Of a DNA stretch of 64,000 nt, positions 18,061 through 28,886 are shown piece after piece (the stretch's first letter is position 1; each line of letters starts with the position of its first letter). The stretch is from an uncultured Ruficoccus sp. (lineage in GTDB: Bacteria; Verrucomicrobiota; Verrucomicrobiia; Opitutales; Cerasicoccaceae): positions 224,001-288,000 of the forward strand of contig OZ223481.1 in the NCBI GenBank assembly GCA_965140785.1. Reading direction: 5' to 3'. Under the pieces are notes generated by a model. It worked only from the letters and a program-made list of their open reading frames with translations, made no database searches and was not told the DNA's origin. The position numbers and the translations under genes are program-made.

Positions 18061-19336
18061 ACTTGATCTGGCCGGTGCCGTGGACCTGGTACTTGTAGGT
18101 GCACAGTTCGCGCAGGCCCATGGGGCCGCGGGCGTGCAGGCGGTCGGTGGAGATGCCGATCTCCGCGCCCAGGCCGAACTCGTTGCCGTCGGTGAAGCGG
18201 GTGGAGGCGTTGTGGTAAACGGTGGAGGTGTCCACTCCGGTCATAAAGGCTTTGGCCGCCCCCTCGTCCTGGGTGATAATGGCCTCCGAGTGGCCGCTGC
18301 CGTATTTATTAATATCGGCCACGGCTTCTTCGAGCGAGTCCACCACCTTGATGGCGAGGATGTAGTCGAGGTACTCGGTGCGGAAATCCTCCTCCGTGGC
18401 GGGCACGGTCGGGATGTCCGCTTTCTTTAAAATCGCTGCCGCCTTCTCGTCCACCCGCAGCTCGACCTCCTTCTCCCGCAGGGCGCGGGCGATTTTCGGC
18501 AGCAGGTCCGGGGCGCATCCGGCGTGAATAAAGAGGTTTTCAGCCGCATTGCACACGCTCACGCGCTGGGTCTTGGCGTTGACGGTGACGGAGACGGCCA
18601 TATCGGGGTCCGCCGCCTGATCCACATAGACCGAGCAGATACCGTCGTAGTGCTTGATCACGGGGATGCGGCTGTTGTCCGTGATGAAGCGGATCAGCCC
18701 CTCGCCGCCGCGGGGGATGATGCAGTGCACGTACTCGTTGAGCTTGAGCAGCTCGTTGAGCGCGTAACGATCGGTCGTGGGGATGATCTGAACGGCGTGC
18801 TCGGGCAGGCCGCACGTTTGCAGGGCCTGATGGATCAGCTCGGCCAGTGCCATGTTCGAGTGGATGGCCTCCTTGCCCCCGCGCAGGATGCAGGCGTTGC
18901 CGCTTTTGAGGCAGAGCACGGCGCAGTCCACGGTGACGTTCGGGCGCGACTCGTAAATGATCCCGATCACACCGATGGGGACGCGGACCTTGCGGATGTC
19001 GAGGCCGTTGGGGCGTACGGTGCGCTCGATCTCCTCGCCCACCGGATCGGGGAGGGCGGCGACTTCACGGACCTCCTCGGCCATGCCCTTGATGCGGTCG
19101 GAGGTAAAGGTCAGCCGCTCGATCATCGGCATGGGCAGCTCCAGGGCGCGGGCGGTCGAGAGGTCGCGCGCATTCTCGGTCAGCAGCGTGCCCTCGTTTT
19201 GCTCGATGAGGTCGGCCAGGGTGTTGAGGGCGCGGTTCTTCTGCTCGGTGGTGAGCATGGCGGTCTGCAAGGCGGCCGCGCGGGCCTGCCGGGCGATGCC
19301 TTCAACCAGTTCGTGGATGCTGTCCTTCTCCTTCAT
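18059..19336 (-). CDS. proA: Gamma-glutamyl phosphate reductase
   Basis: [31 protein letters not shown] and [31 protein letters not shown]. Confidence 0.97.
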   Translation of the reverse strand: MKEKDSIHELVEGIARQARAAALQTAMLTTEQKNRALNTLADLIEQNEGTLLTENARDLSTARALELPMPMIERLTFTSDRIKGMAEEVREVAALPDPVGEEIERTVRPNGLDIRKVRVPIGVIGIIYESRPNVTVDCAVLCLKSGNACILRGGKEAIHSNMALAELIHQALQTCGLPEHAVQIIPTTDRYALNELLKLNEYVHCIIPRGGEGLIRFITDNSRIPVIKHYDGICSVYVDQAADPDMAVSVTVNAKTQRVSVCNAAENLFIHAGCAPDLLPKIARALREKEVELRVDEKAAAILKKADIPTVPATEEDFRTEYLDYILAIKVVDSLEEAVADINKYGSGHSEAIITQDEGAAKAFMTGVDTSTVYHNASTRFTDGNEFGLGAEIGISTDRLHARGPMGLRELCTYKYQVHGTGQIK

Positions 19337-19395
19337 GGCGGTGTGGATAAAATTAGGCTGAACGGACCAAGATACGCCGCTTCCCGCAAAAGACA

Positions 19396-19434
19396 AGCAG
19401 GACATGGTCCTGCACCTGTGCTCCTGTGGATCGC
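19396..19434 (-). repeat. Double-hairpin dispersed repeat, copy 2 (inverted)
   Basis: Reverse complement is GCGATCCACAGGAGCACAGGTGCAGGACCATGTCCTGCT. Confidence 0.7.
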
Positions 19435-19446
19435 GGAAGAACCTCG

Positions 19447-19935
19447 TTATTGCGCGTCCGGTGAGGTTTTCTTTTTTGCGGGTTGCATGGATATGACTTC
19501 GGCCAGGATGTGGGGCATGTCGGAGTAGGGCGGCTCGGTGCGGACTTCCAGGATGCGAAATTTCACGTCGAAACGCTGGTCACGGTAATTCGCGTAAGGA
19601 GTGACGAGGTCGGGCGCGAACTGCCATTTTGCGATCTGGTAGCTAGAGGTCACATTCGGGACCGCGGTCTGGCCCCCCTTGGTCACGGTCAGGGTGCCGC
19701 TGGTTTTGTCGTTGCTTACATACGCGTCGCTAAAGATGAGGAACTTCTCGCTGGCGTATTTGAGCGTAAGGGTGGTTTCTATGGTTTTGCCGACGAGTTC
19801 CTCCCCGTGCTCCGGGCTGGTTATCTGTGTATAAATCTCGCGTAGCGGTGGGGCTAGACCCTCCGTCGAATCAGCGGCATGGAGCCCGCAAGCGCAGGCG
19901 AGCAGAACAGGTGTTAACATTAATCGTCTCAACAT
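19447..19935 (-). CDS. Secreted hypothetical protein
   Basis: Signal peptide; start overlaps the upstream PfkB stop. Confidence 0.72.
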   Translation of the reverse strand: MLRRLMLTPVLLACACGLHAADSTEGLAPPLREIYTQITSPEHGEELVGKTIETTLTLKYASEKFLIFSDAYVSNDKTSGTLTVTKGGQTAVPNVTSSYQIAKWQFAPDLVTPYANYRDQRFDVKFRILEVRTEPPYSDMPHILAEVISMQPAKKKTSPDAQ

Positions 19936-20873
19936 CCTTTGTGTCCTTCGTGTCTGGTTTGTGTATGTGATGAGGACCGATTATGGCCCCGCCGCCGCTC
20001 CAACTCCGCGATCAGCGCGCGAGCCGAAAAGTCCCGTACCGTGAGGGCGGCGATGCGGGCTCCGGCCTCCATGGCGGCGCGGAGGGCCTCTGCGTCACGC
20101 GTGCCCGAGGTGGCGAGGGTGGCCATGAGCGCCCCGACGAAGCTGTCCCCGGCCCCGGTGGGATCGACCGGATTTTCGACCAATTGGGCGGGCACGTGCC
20201 AGTCTTTACCCGGCGCGAAGCCCAGCGAGCCGCGCGAGCCGAGCTTGACCACGGCGAGGGCCGGCCCGAGCTCCAGCAGCGCCCGTCCAGCCTGGTGCGG
20301 ATCGCTCTCGCCGGTGAGCGAGGCGGCCTCCTCGTCGTTGATGACAAGGAGAGTGACCCGCCGTATCATGCTCAAAAGCTCTTCCCGGCGCTCGCGGATC
20401 CAGAAATCGATCGTGTCGAGCGCGACGAAGGGCTCCCCCTCCATCTGATCGAGCACGCGCCGCTGGAAGTCCGGGCGCATGTTGGCCAGTAGCACATAGG
20501 GGCAGCGCCGCTCGCCTTCGCTCAGGTGCGGGCGAAACGACTCCTCGACGTTCGGGTGCAGCTCCAGGGTTTTGCGCTTGTCCGGGTCGCTGTGGTAGCG
20601 GCATTTCCACGCAAAGGTCTTCTCGTTCGCGATGACCGCCATGCCGCCGGTGTCCACACCGAGCCGCTCCAGCCGGTCACGCTCGGCCAGCGGGAAGTCC
20701 CCGCCAACCGCACCGAATAGATGCGGGCGCACAAAGAACGCCGCCGCCAGCGCCGCGAACCAGCCCGAGCCGCCGATCTCGCGCCGCTCCGTGCCGTCGG
20801 GCATGACAAGCGTGTCCAGCCCGAGCCCGCCGGTGACCAGCAGGGGCGGAACGGTGGGGGTGTCGGCTTTCAT
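19929..20873 (-). CDS. PfkB family carbohydrate kinase
   Basis: GGSG..AA, INDEEA, VVKLG.RG and DPTGAGDSF. Start could be 20894. Confidence 0.9.
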   Translation of the reverse strand: MKADTPTVPPLLVTGGLGLDTLVMPDGTERREIGGSGWFAALAAAFFVRPHLFGAVGGDFPLAERDRLERLGVDTGGMAVIANEKTFAWKCRYHSDPDKRKTLELHPNVEESFRPHLSEGERRCPYVLLANMRPDFQRRVLDQMEGEPFVALDTIDFWIRERREELLSMIRRVTLLVINDEEAASLTGESDPHQAGRALLELGPALAVVKLGSRGSLGFAPGKDWHVPAQLVENPVDPTGAGDSFVGALMATLATSGTRDAEALRAAMEAGARIAALTVRDFSARALIAELERRRGHNRSSSHTQTRHEGHKGC

Positions 20874-20954
20874 GGCGCGGGAGATGCTTTTCATGGATAA
20901 ACGAATCGCCCCCACACGGTCAGGTCAACCGGAAGGGGTTTCCCGGCACCCCGC

Positions 20955-21941
20955 TCAGTCCTGGAGCAGCTTCTTGATCTCGGGCCAGCGCTCGTGTGGG
21001 ATGGCCGCGCCCATGACCTGGACGATCTCCGCGCCCATGACCGAGCCGTAATGGCCGCAGGTGCCGAGCGGCTTGCCGCGCAGCCAGCCGTAGAGGAAGC
21101 CCGCTGCCCACAGGTCGCCCGCGCCGGTGGTATCCACCGGTTGGTTGACCAGAACGGGGGCGACTTTTTCCAGCTGGTCGCCCTGCTGCACGAGGGAGCC
21201 AGCCTTGCCGAGCTTGACCACGGCTACGTCGCACATACCGGCCAGGTCGGCGGCCATCTTCTCGTAATCCTTCGAGTCGAACAGCGCCCCGGCCTCTTCT
21301 TCGTTGGCGAAGACCAGATCGACGTATTCGCTCAGGATGTCGGGCAGGATGTCCTTGGTCGCGCCGACCACCTCAAACGAGGCCAGGTCGATGCTGATCG
21401 TGCACCCGGCGGCCTTGGCCGAGTTGAGCACCTTGAACATCAGGTCGCGGTTGAAAAGAATGTAGCCCTCGATGTGCGCGTGACGGCAGTCGCGGAAATC
21501 CTCCGCGCTGATCTCGTCAGGCGAGAGCGTCATCGCGGCGCCCAGGTCGGTGCGCATGGTGCGTTCGGAGTCGGGCGTGACGAGGGAGAGGCAGCGCCCG
21601 TTGGGCACCTCACCCACCTTGAAGCGCGAGCCGTCGCCGCCGAGTTCGACGAAGCGGTCTTTGTAAAACTCACCGCCGGCGTCGTTGCCGATCTTGCCCA
21701 GGAAGGTGGTTGCCAGGCCCAGGTGAGCGACCGCCACAGCGGTGTTTCCGGAGGAGCCGCCGGGGGCTTCGATCATCGGTGACTCCACGTGAGCCATCAG
21801 GTCGCCGATAGTGGCGGCGTCAACCAGTTCCATCCCGCCCTTATCACCGGGGATGGCGGTCACGAAGGCTTCCGTGACTTGCGCGAGACTGTCTACGATC
21901 GGCGAGCCGACGCCGATCAGTTCGAATTTCTTTTCACTCAT
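20955..21941 (-). CDS. PfkB family kinase, adenosine-kinase-like
   Basis: G.PIVD, KGGM.L, PGGS.GNT, ERTM.T.LGAA, FANEEEA and DTTGAGDLWAAGFLYG. Confidence 0.9.
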   Translation of the reverse strand: MSEKKFELIGVGSPIVDSLAQVTEAFVTAIPGDKGGMELVDAATIGDLMAHVESPMIEAPGGSSGNTAVAVAHLGLATTFLGKIGNDAGGEFYKDRFVELGGDGSRFKVGEVPNGRCLSLVTPDSERTMRTDLGAAMTLSPDEISAEDFRDCRHAHIEGYILFNRDLMFKVLNSAKAAGCTISIDLASFEVVGATKDILPDILSEYVDLVFANEEEAGALFDSKDYEKMAADLAGMCDVAVVKLGKAGSLVQQGDQLEKVAPVLVNQPVDTTGAGDLWAAGFLYGWLRGKPLGTCGHYGSVMGAEIVQVMGAAIPHERWPEIKKLLQD

Positions 21942-21950
21942 AAAAATAGT

Positions 21951-22433
21951 TCAGGGGGTTGGTTTTACCGGCTCGACCGGAAGAATATACCGGCTCGGGA
22001 TCACATCCAGCAGATCGCTGAGACTGGATTTGCCTTTCATTCTCGTCCCTATCAGGGTCCAGCCCTCTGTCTGCTCAATGAATTGCAATTCGGTAAAAAT
22101 GTAGCCGTGCTCGAAAACCTGGAGGTACCCGACCAGCCGGATACGGTCGGTGAAGGTGAACTCGCCCGCCTCCACCGTCGCCGTGAGTTCCCCGAGCTTT
22201 TCGCGGGTTTCGACAAAGCCCGTGTAACCGTCCATGAACTTCAGAATGGAGGCTTCATCTTCAAAAAAAAGCCGTGCCGCCTCATGGACCTTTGTTTCTG
22301 CGCTAAGGGCCAGGAAGCGCTTACCGGCCTGTTGGGCCTCTTCCAGCGAGTCATAGTAAATCCGCTGGGCTGCCTCGGCCTGGACGAGCAGAGGGAGCAG
22401 CCCCAGCAGAAAGATGGCGATGCGTGCGGTCAT
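21951..22433 (-). CDS. Secreted hypothetical protein
   Basis: Signal peptide; operonic spacing. Confidence 0.72.
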   Translation of the reverse strand: MTARIAIFLLGLLPLLVQAEAAQRIYYDSLEEAQQAGKRFLALSAETKVHEAARLFFEDEASILKFMDGYTGFVETREKLGELTATVEAGEFTFTDRIRLVGYLQVFEHGYIFTELQFIEQTEGWTLIGTRMKGKSSLSDLLDVIPSRYILPVEPVKPTP

Positions 22434-22451
22434 GGGTGAGGGTAAGGCGGG

Positions 22452-22835
22452 TTAGCCCGCTACACCAAAGGACGTCACAAGCAGGGGTTCGTCGTCAACC
22501 TCAATCGAGGCGGTGTAGTCGCCGGGCTGATCGAAATGCACGTTCTGCAGCTGGTTGATGATGTGGATGCGGTGCAGCGGGCTCTTCGACTCGAAGGGCC
22601 GCTCGACCGCCATGATCGGCTCCATGCCGGGCAGGCCCAGCGACAGGCTCAGGGTGTGCTGGCCCACGCTCACATCGGTCAGGCTGATGAACCAGACCAT
22701 CTGCGGATGCACAACCGGAAACTCCCGCGCCCGCAGGCTCGAGAACATGCCCAGCAGGTAGTGCTTGCCCGAGACCGGCTCGACATGCACGGCATCGCAG
22801 GTGGAGAAAATCAGCAATTGCGGTTTGGACTGCAT
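22452..22835 (-). CDS. Hypothetical beta-sandwich protein (DUF6941-like)
   Basis: CD.V...P.SGK..LLG.F, FP..HP and F..PG.Y. Confidence 0.7.
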   Translation of the reverse strand: MQSKPQLLIFSTCDAVHVEPVSGKHYLLGMFSSLRAREFPVVHPQMVWFISLTDVSVGQHTLSLSLGLPGMEPIMAVERPFESKSPLHRIHIINQLQNVHFDQPGDYTASIEVDDEPLLVTSFGVAG

Positions 22836-23009
22836 GGCGGGCGACCCTGACAGCGCCTCTCCCTCACCGCAACGCTGAAACCGGAGAGCTTCCGGCGCGG
22901 CTGATCTGCTCGGTAGGGAGAAGCTTGATCCAAGTCTGACCTTGGATGATCAAGCGCTGTGGGCCTCCATCGCCGCTAACTCCATGCCCCCGCCCCTGCG
23001 GGGGCATCC

Positions 23010-23048
23010 GTGATCCGCAGGATCACAGGTCCAGGACTTCGTCCTGGT
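23010..23048 (+). repeat. Double-hairpin dispersed repeat, copy 3
   Basis: GTGATCCGCAGGATCACAGGTCCAGGACTTCGTCCTGGT; encodes the last codons and stop of the ExbB-like gene. Confidence 0.7.
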
Positions 23049-23757
23049 GCTCGGCGAGGTCGTCGATCAGGTCGGTAGCGCACTGGACGGTAGCGATCAT
23101 GCGCGCGCTGAGGCGGTTTTTCATAATAAAGTACGCGACCATGGCCGGGATGCCGATAACCAGCCCCGTCGCCGTGGTGATGAGCGCCTCGCCAATGCTC
23201 CCGGCGAAAGCCTGCGGCTGGCCCATGCCGATGCGTTCCATGGTCTGGAACGCGCCGATCATCCCGCTGACCGTGCCGAGCAGGCCGATCATGGGAGCGG
23301 TCGCGGCGATCACGTTGAGGTAATTGATCCCCTGGCTGATGCTGTTCTCCTCGGCCTCCAGCGTTTCAACGAGCAGGGTCTCGACCTTGGGCTTGCCGGC
23401 GTCGGGCAGCTCGGGACGGGCCTTGCCGAGGGCCTTATTGAGCGAACGGCCCAGCACGGTGTCGCTGGTCTCCAGCGCCGCGCGGGCGGCGGGCACCTCG
23501 CGGGCACGCAGCCGGGCCGAGACCTCGGGCAACTGCCCCTCCGGGATGAAGCGCCGTCGCGCCGTCTCCCGCCAGGCGTAGAAGATGAAGAAAAACATCA
23601 GCAGCGAGCACGCCCCCAGCGGCCACATGGCCCAGCCCCCTTCGCGAATCAGCGCCCACAGGCTGTGGCCAGTCTCGGCGGCGGCGGGAGCGGCGTCCTG
23701 CGCATGCGCGGACAGTGTGCTGAGGGTGAGCAGGGCAATTACGGTCAGGCGGCGCAT
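23023..23757 (-). CDS. MotA/TolQ/ExbB proton channel family protein
   Basis: GGW.MWPL, APMIGLLGTVSGMI.AF and GSI.EAL.TTA.GL.IGIPA. Confidence 0.92.
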   Translation of the reverse strand: MRRLTVIALLTLSTLSAHAQDAAPAAAETGHSLWALIREGGWAMWPLGACSLLMFFFIFYAWRETARRRFIPEGQLPEVSARLRAREVPAARAALETSDTVLGRSLNKALGKARPELPDAGKPKVETLLVETLEAEENSISQGINYLNVIAATAPMIGLLGTVSGMIGAFQTMERIGMGQPQAFAGSIGEALITTATGLVIGIPAMVAYFIMKNRLSARMIATVQCATDLIDDLAEHQDEVLDL

Positions 23758-23776
23758 GGCTGATTGGGTTTAAAGT

Positions 23777-24711
23777 TTAATCCGTGTCCAGGGTCAAACC
23801 CTCTTCCGCGGCGGGGGCGGATTCGTCGGGGGGGGGGCGGCGAGCAGATTTTGATAAAAGTCCGCATAAGCTCCCAGCCCCTCGTCCTCGGGCCAGGCCA
23901 GGTGACGGGCGTTCATCTCCCGCGCCAGGGCGAGCATCTCGTCGGTGTCGTTGGCTCCGAGGGCGGCGAGAATGGCCCACCGCGTAGCAGTGCGGCAGGT
24001 ACTCCATCGGGTATTGGCTGGAGAAGGTCACCGGCTCCAGCGCGGTGGCGAGCGCCCCGGCGTAATCGCCCGCGTCGTAGTCCAGCCCGGGCCAGAATAT
24101 ACCAGCCCAGCGCGGAGTCTCCATAGCGGGGATTTTCGGCGATCCATGCCTGCGCGAGGCGCGCGGGTGTCGGCCTGCCAAGGGCAGCCGGTAATAGCCG
24201 AGCAGGATAAGGTCGTTTCAGTCGGCGGCGGTTGGCGGGTTCCTCGCTGTGGGCGAGCAGGGTCTTTGCCACGCCGACGGCCTGGTACGGGTCCCCGGCG
24301 GTGCGGGCCGCCTCGACCAGCTTGATAAAAAACGCCCGCTCGCCCTCCGGCAGAAAGTCCAGGTAGGCGGCCCGTTGGTGGTAAAGCGCATCGAGGATCG
24401 GAAGCGCTTCGCCGGGGTGTCCGGCCTCGATCAACTGCGTGGCGAGCAGCTTGTTTTCGCCGCCGGGGAAGTCGAGCCGCTCGACCTCTTCGGCGCTAAA
24501 GGTGTACTCCGCCTGCCCCCCGGCGCTGGGCCGGACGAAGATCAACTGCCCCTCACGCACGCCCTGCGCCCGGCCTTCATAGATCTGCCCGCTGCGCAGC
24601 ACGAGTACCTGCGGCCCGTCCAGGCTCTGCTCCAGCGAGGCTGGGTCGAACGCACGTGTTGGTAGCGCGAAGGCTAACCAAAGTGTGAGACTCAGCAGCC
24701 AGCGGCTTCAT
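23777..24711 (-). CDS. Secreted TPR-like hypothetical protein, multiple apparent frameshifts
   Basis: ATG overlaps the upstream TGA (24708-24711). A signal peptide MK/RWLLSLTLWLAFALPTRA is recovered after one frameshift; helical segments lie in alternating frames. Confidence 0.55.
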
Positions 24712-27648
24712 AACGCGGCCCCCTCTTCGGTGGAGGTGTCGGTCGTTGGCGTCGGGGTTTTCGGCGGACAGCGTGGCCTCCAACTCCTGCCGTCGGGTGA
24801 GCGCTGGGGCGAACTCGGGCGTGTCGGCTAGTCGGAGTGTCGTCTGTCATTTCGACGAGGGTGCGCAGAGCCGCCCGTTCGTCCCCGATCTCCTGAAACG
24901 CCTGCGCGCTGTGCCAGTAGGCGCGGGCCAGCAGGTCCGGGTAAGCGCGGTAGAGCGTATAGACGCGCTGGTCGTAAGCGGTGGCGCGGCGGGGGTCGTC
25001 CTGGGCGGTGGCGAGTTCGGCCAGTAGGAGCAGGGCCTCGGCGTGGTCGCGTCCGTGGGCGGAACTTTGGGCGTATCAGGTTTTCCAATACACCGCTGGC
25101 CTCCTCCCGGCGATCCTGACAGCAAACAGCACCCGCGCATGCAGAAAGCGCAGCGCGGGGGAGCCTCGGCGTGAAACGGGGTTTCGGCCTCGAAACGTCG
25201 CAACCATTTTTCTGCCTGCTCGTCGTCACCTTTGTCTGCCGCCAGTTTGGCCAGTCCATAGAGGGCCTCTCCGTTGCGCGGGCTGCGCGGAAAGGTTTCC
25301 AGTTGGGTGAGAAAAATACTCCCGCGCGGAGGGAAAATGATGCTCGGCCAATACGCCGCCCAGTGTAGAGAATCCCTCGGCATCGAGCCGGTCCATCGGG
25401 ACCTGCTCCATTTGTTTCAAAGAGCACGGCGTCGGCCCGATCGGTGCGCCCCTCGCGGCGGTAAGCCTTGGCCAGGTAGAGCGCGAACCGGGAGGCGCGG
25501 GTCAGCTCGTCGCGCTTGAGAGCCTGCGCGCGCCGGGCTTCCAGCCAGTCGGTGAAAGAGTCAGCCTTCAGTAACTCAGCGGTGGCCGCGCTCGCGTGCT
25601 CGGCAGTGAACTGAAGCTCACCTTGCCGGGCGCGCTCGTAGAGGTTTTCGAGCGCTTGCAGGAGCGGGCCGGTTTCACCGGCCTGCGGGTCGTCCCCGAT
25701 TTGAGAGAGGACGAGTACGCCCATGAACTGCTCGAACGCTTTCTCGGGGGCTCCCTGCTGAAGCTGTGCCCAGCCGATCCAGTACAACGCCTCGGCCAGA
25801 CGGGGCGGCGGATCGGCCTCGGGCAAGCCGCTGGAAGCGTAAGCCTCGAGGTGCGCAATCAGGCTGTCATAGTTTTCCGATACACGGTAGATTTTACCGG
25901 TCTGGAAGACCGCGTACGGGTAGAGCGAGCCCGCCTCCGGCCCCACGCGGGCGAATTGCGCGGCGGCCGCGTCGAGCTCGCCCAGTCCCATCAGGGTGTC
26001 GCCGAGCAGCACGCGGGCGGCGGGCGCATGGGGGCTGTCCGGGTACTCATTTAGAAAATCTTCCAGCGCCTGCCGGGCTTGTGTGTAGTTGCGCATCGAA
26101 TACAAGGTGGCCGCCCGCCGGTAGGCCGTCTCCGGTTCCAGTTCTGTGCCTGCGACTTCGGGCAGGAGGGCGTCGAACTCCGCCAAGGCAGGCGGGTAGT
26201 TGTATTCAAAAAACCATGACAGCCCGCGCCAGAGCCGGGCACGCGGGGCGAGCGGATCGTCCGGGTAGGTCTCCACCAGAGCGGTGAAGTCCTCCCGCGC
26301 CCCGGCGTAGTCTTGGGCCAGTGCCTTTGCGTAGCCGCGACTAAAGCGCCAGCGCGGCTGCTGCGGGTGAGTGGGGTAGGCAGCGATGAGCCGGTCGAGC
26401 GCGGCGATGGCCTGGGCGTACTCGCCTTCGTTCTGAAGGGCGTTGGCGATGAGAAAGAGCGTGGCGGGGGCGAGCGGGTCGTTCGGGTAGTTTTTGAGAA
26501 AACTGTTGGCCCGCTCGAGCGCGAGCGGCCAGTCCTCGCGTGCCTGGGCGCAGAGAATCCAGCGGTAGTGGGCCTGGGTGCGAATGGTCGTCGGCGAGGG
26601 AGGTGTCCGCCGCCAGTTCGCCGTAGAGCAGCCCAGCCTCGCGGCTGCGTCCGCCGCGCAGGAAGGCTTCGCCGAGGCGCAGTTGCCAGGCGGGCGTGTA
26701 GTCCTCCATCGCACCAAGTTCGTCCAGTTCGGTGCGGACTTTTTCGATGATGCCACCGAAGTACTCTTCCCAGAAGGCGGCGTTCTGGATGCCGTCGGGG
26801 TTGAGGCGGGTGCGTTCGCGCCGGATCTGTTCCAGCTGGGCCAGGCGCTGGCGCTGGAGGTCGATCAGGAGGTGGCGGGGCGGGACGTTGCGGTAGGCGA
26901 GAACCGCGTCGGCATAGCGCCCTTCTGCGGCCAGGTAATTGCCCGCCCGCAGTCCGGCGAAGGCGAGGACGGCCAGCTCCGGCATGGTGGTGACGGCCCA
27001 GGGCTTTTCGAGTAAAATATCCGCTGCCCGTCGGTCGTCGCCGGCGGCTTGCGCTGCCTGGACGGCCCGCAGGCGGGCCTGGGCACGCAGAGTGGCCGGG
27101 ACGCGGGGCGAGGCGGCGAAGGCCAGCAGCTCTTCAATACCCTTGCCGGTCTGCCCGTCGCTGAAAGCCAGATCGGCCTCGCGCAGGACGCTCAGGAGCG
27201 CCTCTGGGCGCTCAGGGAAGCGTTCGCGGTAGCGCCGGTAGGCGTCGGCGGCGCGGGCGTTGTCCCCGAGTGACTGGCAGGCCTGAGCCAGCCCGAAGAG
27301 AACGAAGGGCGCCTGCGCGGTATCGTCGGGGTATTTTTCCAAAAAGCTCTCGTAGAGCTCGGCGGCGTGGGTGGGGTCGCCATTCATGCGGCAGGCGTGC
27401 GCCCAGACCGGGAGGAGTTGGTGCTCCAGTTCGCGGTAGGCCTCCTCCTCGCCGTAAGTCTGCGACAGATACGAAAAGCCCTCGTCGGCACGGGCATAGT
27501 CGGCCTGCTCAAAGGCAGTGACGGCCTCCTGAAGCGTGGCTTGCAGCCCCTGCTGGCGCGAGACCCACTCAGCCCGCAGCGTTCCGGGGACGATCAGTAC
27601 GCCGCCCAGGCAAAGGACGAAAAGCAGAGCTGTGCGCAGGCTTAACAC
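24708..27648 (-). CDS. Large secreted TPR protein (BamD/YfiO-like repeats), multiple apparent frameshifts
   Basis: Repeated F(L)..YP.....A and A.F..G motifs across ORFs 26341-28299, 24828-26756 and 24847-25383; first break near 26590. Confidence 0.7.
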
Positions 27649-27743
27649 AACGTCTGGAGCCTTGTTGCTGCGTTCCCGTCCGGCAAGCGGAAACACGGCG
27701 GCGCCCATTTGCTTGCTGCGCCGGGGGGATCGTTTCTGACCTC

Positions 27744-28886
27744 TTACTGCGTGTAGGCGTAAACGAAAATATTGACGCCGAGCTGGGTGTAGAAGCTGTG
27801 GGCGTAGTCGCTGATCTCCTGGGTGTAGTAGTAGCGGAAGACGCGCCAGTCCCCGTCGGGTTCGTGGACCCAGGCGGGCATGGCTTCCTCCTGGGTAAAT
27901 ACCTGGTCCTTGCGCCCGTCCTCGCGGGTGACCTCGAAGCTCGTGCCCGTGTAGGCGGCCTGGGAGAGTCGCTCGTCCAGTCCCTCGGCCCCTTCGCGGA
28001 TGCGGAACCCGATGAAGGTCGTCCACTGGCCGAAGTCGTTCTTGCCCCAGCCCATGGCGAGGATGGGCATGGCCAGCACGGCCAGCCGCCCGTTGACGCT
28101 CAGGCCCATGGCCGCGTAGGTGCCCTGCGGCCACTTCTCGTTGACGACGAAGTCCCGCACCGTGTCGGGCAGGACGGCGGCATCCGGCAGGCCCGAGTAG
28201 TAGGCGCGAAACAGCGGGTGCGAGCGCGGCAAGGGGAGAAAGGCCTTGTCCGGGTAGATCGAGGCGAAGGCCTCCTCCAGCTCCGGGGTCACGCTCCACT
28301 CGGCGAAGCTGTGGAACTGGCCGACCTGGGCGCTGTCGCGCAGGAACGACGGGGTGATGCCCGCGTCGATGAAGATGAACCCGCCCCGGTCCAGGTAGGC
28401 GCGGAGGGCTTCCTTCTCGGCCTCGGAGAGCGTCCAGTCGCTGCGGTCGGCGTAGTTGACGTAAATAAACGGGTGCTCGAAAATGCGCGGATCGTCAAAG
28501 GTCTCGATGTAAACAGGGTCGGGGGCCAGCGGCAGGGTGGTTTTTTTGTTCAACTCGGCCAGCAGGGTGGTCAGCCCGTCGGGGTAGTTGCGGCGCAGGA
28601 TGTTGCCCTGCACGAGCTGGACGATCTGGATCGGGTCCGGGGCGCGCAGGTCGGCGGGAGCCGCAGACGGCTGGACGGATTCACGCGCGGCGGCGGCGGC
28701 TCTTTCCTGGGCGGAGGGGGGCGCGTCCTCTGGCGCGGCTACGGGGGGCGCAGCTTCCGGGGTGAGGGAGGGGATTCTCTCCGCTGCGGGGTTCGCGGGG
28801 GTGGCTTCCTGGGCGTACGCGCCCGCCGGGAGGAGGGTGAGGATGGCGGCGCTGGCCAGTACGGTGAACAGGCGGGCCGGGTTCAC
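27744..28886 (-). CDS. DUF4159 domain protein
   Basis: Signal peptide; IF.HPFIY, LS.AE..ALR.YL.RGGFIFID, LP.SHPLF and GVNI.VYA.T. Confidence 0.85.
   Translation of the reverse strand: MNPARLFTVLASAAILTLLPAGAYAQEATPANPAAERIPSLTPEAAPPVAAPEDAPPSAQERAAAAARESVQPSAAPADLRAPDPIQIVQLVQGNILRRNYPDGLTTLLAELNKKTTLPLAPDPVYIETFDDPRIFEHPFIYVNYADRSDWTLSEAEKEALRAYLDRGGFIFIDAGITPSFLRDSAQVGQFHSFAEWSVTPELEEAFASIYPDKAFLPLPRSHPLFRAYYSGLPDAAVLPDTVRDFVVNEKWPQGTYAAMGLSVNGRLAVLAMPILAMGWGKNDFGQWTTFIGFRIREGAEGLDERLSQAAYTGTSFEVTREDGRKDQVFTQEEAMPAWVHEPDGDWRVFRYYYTQEISDYAHSFYTQLGVNIFVYAYTQ

Noticed and set aside
22960..22975. Fluoride-riboswitch-like GGCGATGG on the minus strand
   Set aside because: Lacks the closing CGCC and the downstream conserved elements.
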